In this document: positions 5,496-6,797 of the stretch, piece after piece
How the letters are laid out: each line of letters begins with the position of its first letter
How positions within the stretch are numbered: the stretch's first letter is position 1
Origin: a virus
Lineage: Duplodnaviria; Heunggongvirae; Uroviricota; Caudoviricetes
Reading direction: 5' to 3' (one strand)
IMG/VR virus record: IMGVR_UViG_2690316105_000023
Coordinates: 1-6,797 of that record
Length of the DNA: 6,797 nt
The notes under the pieces: model-generated
Told to the model about the DNA's origin: nothing
Database searches by the model: none
The model's input: the letters and a program-made list of their open reading frames with translations, nothing else
Program-made: the position numbers and the translations under genes

Positions 5496-5525
5496 CATTG
5501 TTGCTCATTGTTGCTCATTGTTGCA
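5496..5525. repeat. Tandem 10-bp direct repeat CATTGTTGCT x3 (third copy CATTGTTGCA) in the int 3' region
   Basis: Read directly from the sequence: cattgttgct cattgttgct cattgttgca at 5496-5525, flanked by further TTGTT-rich sequence. Confidence 0.6.
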
Positions 5526-5579
5526 TGTTGTATCTGTTCGCATATCCAGTATGCGCATACTGAAAAAACACGAAAAAAA

Positions 5580-6797
5580 TTATTTTCTTCTGGCTACTGG
5601 TAGCGTGGTTACGTTTTCATGTGTTCCCGCCAGTATCCCTAACCGCTCCATCCACATATCCAGCGCATTGCGTTTAGCATCCAGATAACGGGAATGATTA
5701 TAAACTCGCTGAATTCCTGGCATCTGATGACCTGTAAGCTGCTCCACGACATGCGGATCAACGCCTAAATCGTTCAGCATGGTTGTAAAGGTGCGCCGGA
5801 TGTCATGCAGTGACCAGTGAGGATGATTAAGCCTCCTGTGCGCTAATCTTCCATACTGCGATACGCTGGCCTCCTGTTTCACTTCCCCCAGCAATAAGCC
5901 CGTGTGCCTGTTCTGCTCCACCAGCTGCGTGACGAACGGCAGGATCGCTTCCGGTATGGGCCGGAATATTGCGACCTTCGTTTTGCTGTGCTCCTTCGGA
6001 ACGGTCCATAGCATTTCCGTAAAATCCCACTCCCCGATCTCCGATAGCCTCAGTTCTACCGTCCTGGCTCCGAAGACAATCAGGAGGCGGATTAACGCGA
6101 CGTAGTAAGGGGAAAATATTTTTTTGTCCAGTGCCTGCAATAATTCGCCAAGTTCTTTGTTACTTAAGACACGTTCGCTTATATCCGGTTTTTTCCCAAC
6201 GTCCGCCACGTTCAGATCGTCCAGAACGTTGCTGATTGCATAGCGCCGCCTACGGCAGAACTTAAGCGCCTGTTTGCACGCCTGTAGCACGAATCCGGCA
6301 GTAACAGGCGTTCGCTTTGCCACCTGGTCAAAACAGGCCAGCCAGTGCCGTAGCTCGCATTTATCCAGCGGCATAGCACCAATCTGCTGTATTACGTGAT
6401 TATTAAGTCGCCTTTTCAGGGCGATATAATCCACGCGGTTTTCCTTTACGTAATACTCAAGCCAGTAGGTGAGCGCATCGCCAACCGTTACGGGCTTTAA
6501 CGCTTCCTGTACGGTGTAATTCATCTCATGACGTGGATTTTTCCCCTCAGCCAGCCATGTGCGACACTGTGCGGCTTTTTCCCTGGCTGCTTTCAGGCTC
6601 AGATCAGGATAACTTCCCAGCTTAATGCGTTCGGGTCGTGTCTCCCTTCCCGTTCCGGCCCTGTATGTGAAATACCAGGTCAATTTCCCTGATGTTAAAT
6701 ATTTCACGCTCAGGTTTCCGCCATCACTATAAAACGTGTTTTTCTCCGCTGGCTTACCATGAAGTTTCCTTAGCAAGGTATCGCTCAGTTTGTTCAT
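5580..6797 (-). CDS. int: Tyrosine recombinase / site-specific integrase, P4-type
   Basis: 405-aa ORF. N-terminus MNKLSDTLLRKLHGKPAEKNTFYSDGGNLSVKYLTSGKLTWYFTYR is typical of the P4-integrase arm-binding domain; C-terminus has the catalytic-core signature (HDIRRTF ... HQMPGIQRVYNHSRY). The ATG lies on the last three bases of the window, so the upstream RBS and promoter are not visible. Confidence 0.93.
   Translation of the reverse strand: MNKLSDTLLRKLHGKPAEKNTFYSDGGNLSVKYLTSGKLTWYFTYRAGTGRETRPERIKLGSYPDLSLKAAREKAAQCRTWLAEGKNPRHEMNYTVQEALKPVTVGDALTYWLEYYVKENRVDYIALKRRLNNHVIQQIGAMPLDKCELRHWLACFDQVAKRTPVTAGFVLQACKQALKFCRRRRYAISNVLDDLNVADVGKKPDISERVLSNKELGELLQALDKKIFSPYYVALIRLLIVFGARTVELRLSEIGEWDFTEMLWTVPKEHSKTKVAIFRPIPEAILPFVTQLVEQNRHTGLLLGEVKQEASVSQYGRLAHRRLNHPHWSLHDIRRTFTTMLNDLGVDPHVVEQLTGHQMPGIQRVYNHSRYLDAKRNALDMWMERLGILAGTHENVTTLPVARRK

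Larger units (their letters stand above)
1..6797. mobile_element. P4-type satellite / PICI-like integrative element, partial (both ends outside window)
   Basis: Gene order int - alpA - regulatory region - small-gene operon - primase/helicase - iteron origin, all on one strand. This matches the integrase-AlpA-primase-ori core known for P4-like and Gram-negative PICI elements. No att site, tRNA or packaging genes are visible in the window. Confidence 0.7.

Noticed and set aside
5488-6105. ORFs 5488-5688 (+), 5827-6030 (-) and 5902-6105 (+) overlapping the integrase
   Set aside because: They sit inside or across the integrase coding region in other frames or strands; the integrase call is strongly supported, so these are overlap artefacts.

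Overview
The window looks like the core of a P4-type satellite / PICI-like integrative element from an enterobacterial genome, with both ends beyond the window. Everything here is read by eye from the sequence and the ORF track; no database search was run. Right to left on the minus strand: a P4-family tyrosine integrase (5580-6797), an AlpA-family regulator (5007-5195), two diverged paralogous small-protein genes with hairpin-rich leaders (3526-4253), a chain of overlapping small genes (2351-3533), a P4 alpha-like primase/helicase with Walker A motif GDGGSGKST (600-2354), and an iteron-type origin just downstream of it (362-587). A short plus-strand unit (4315-4860) sits between alpA and the leftward operon and may encode a ribbon-helix-helix repressor next to a candidate repressible promoter. 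No large defence-type gene is visible; the most interesting content is the duplicated small-protein region and the uncharacterised small genes upstream of the primase. All small-gene products and regulatory sites are inferred from sequence alone.
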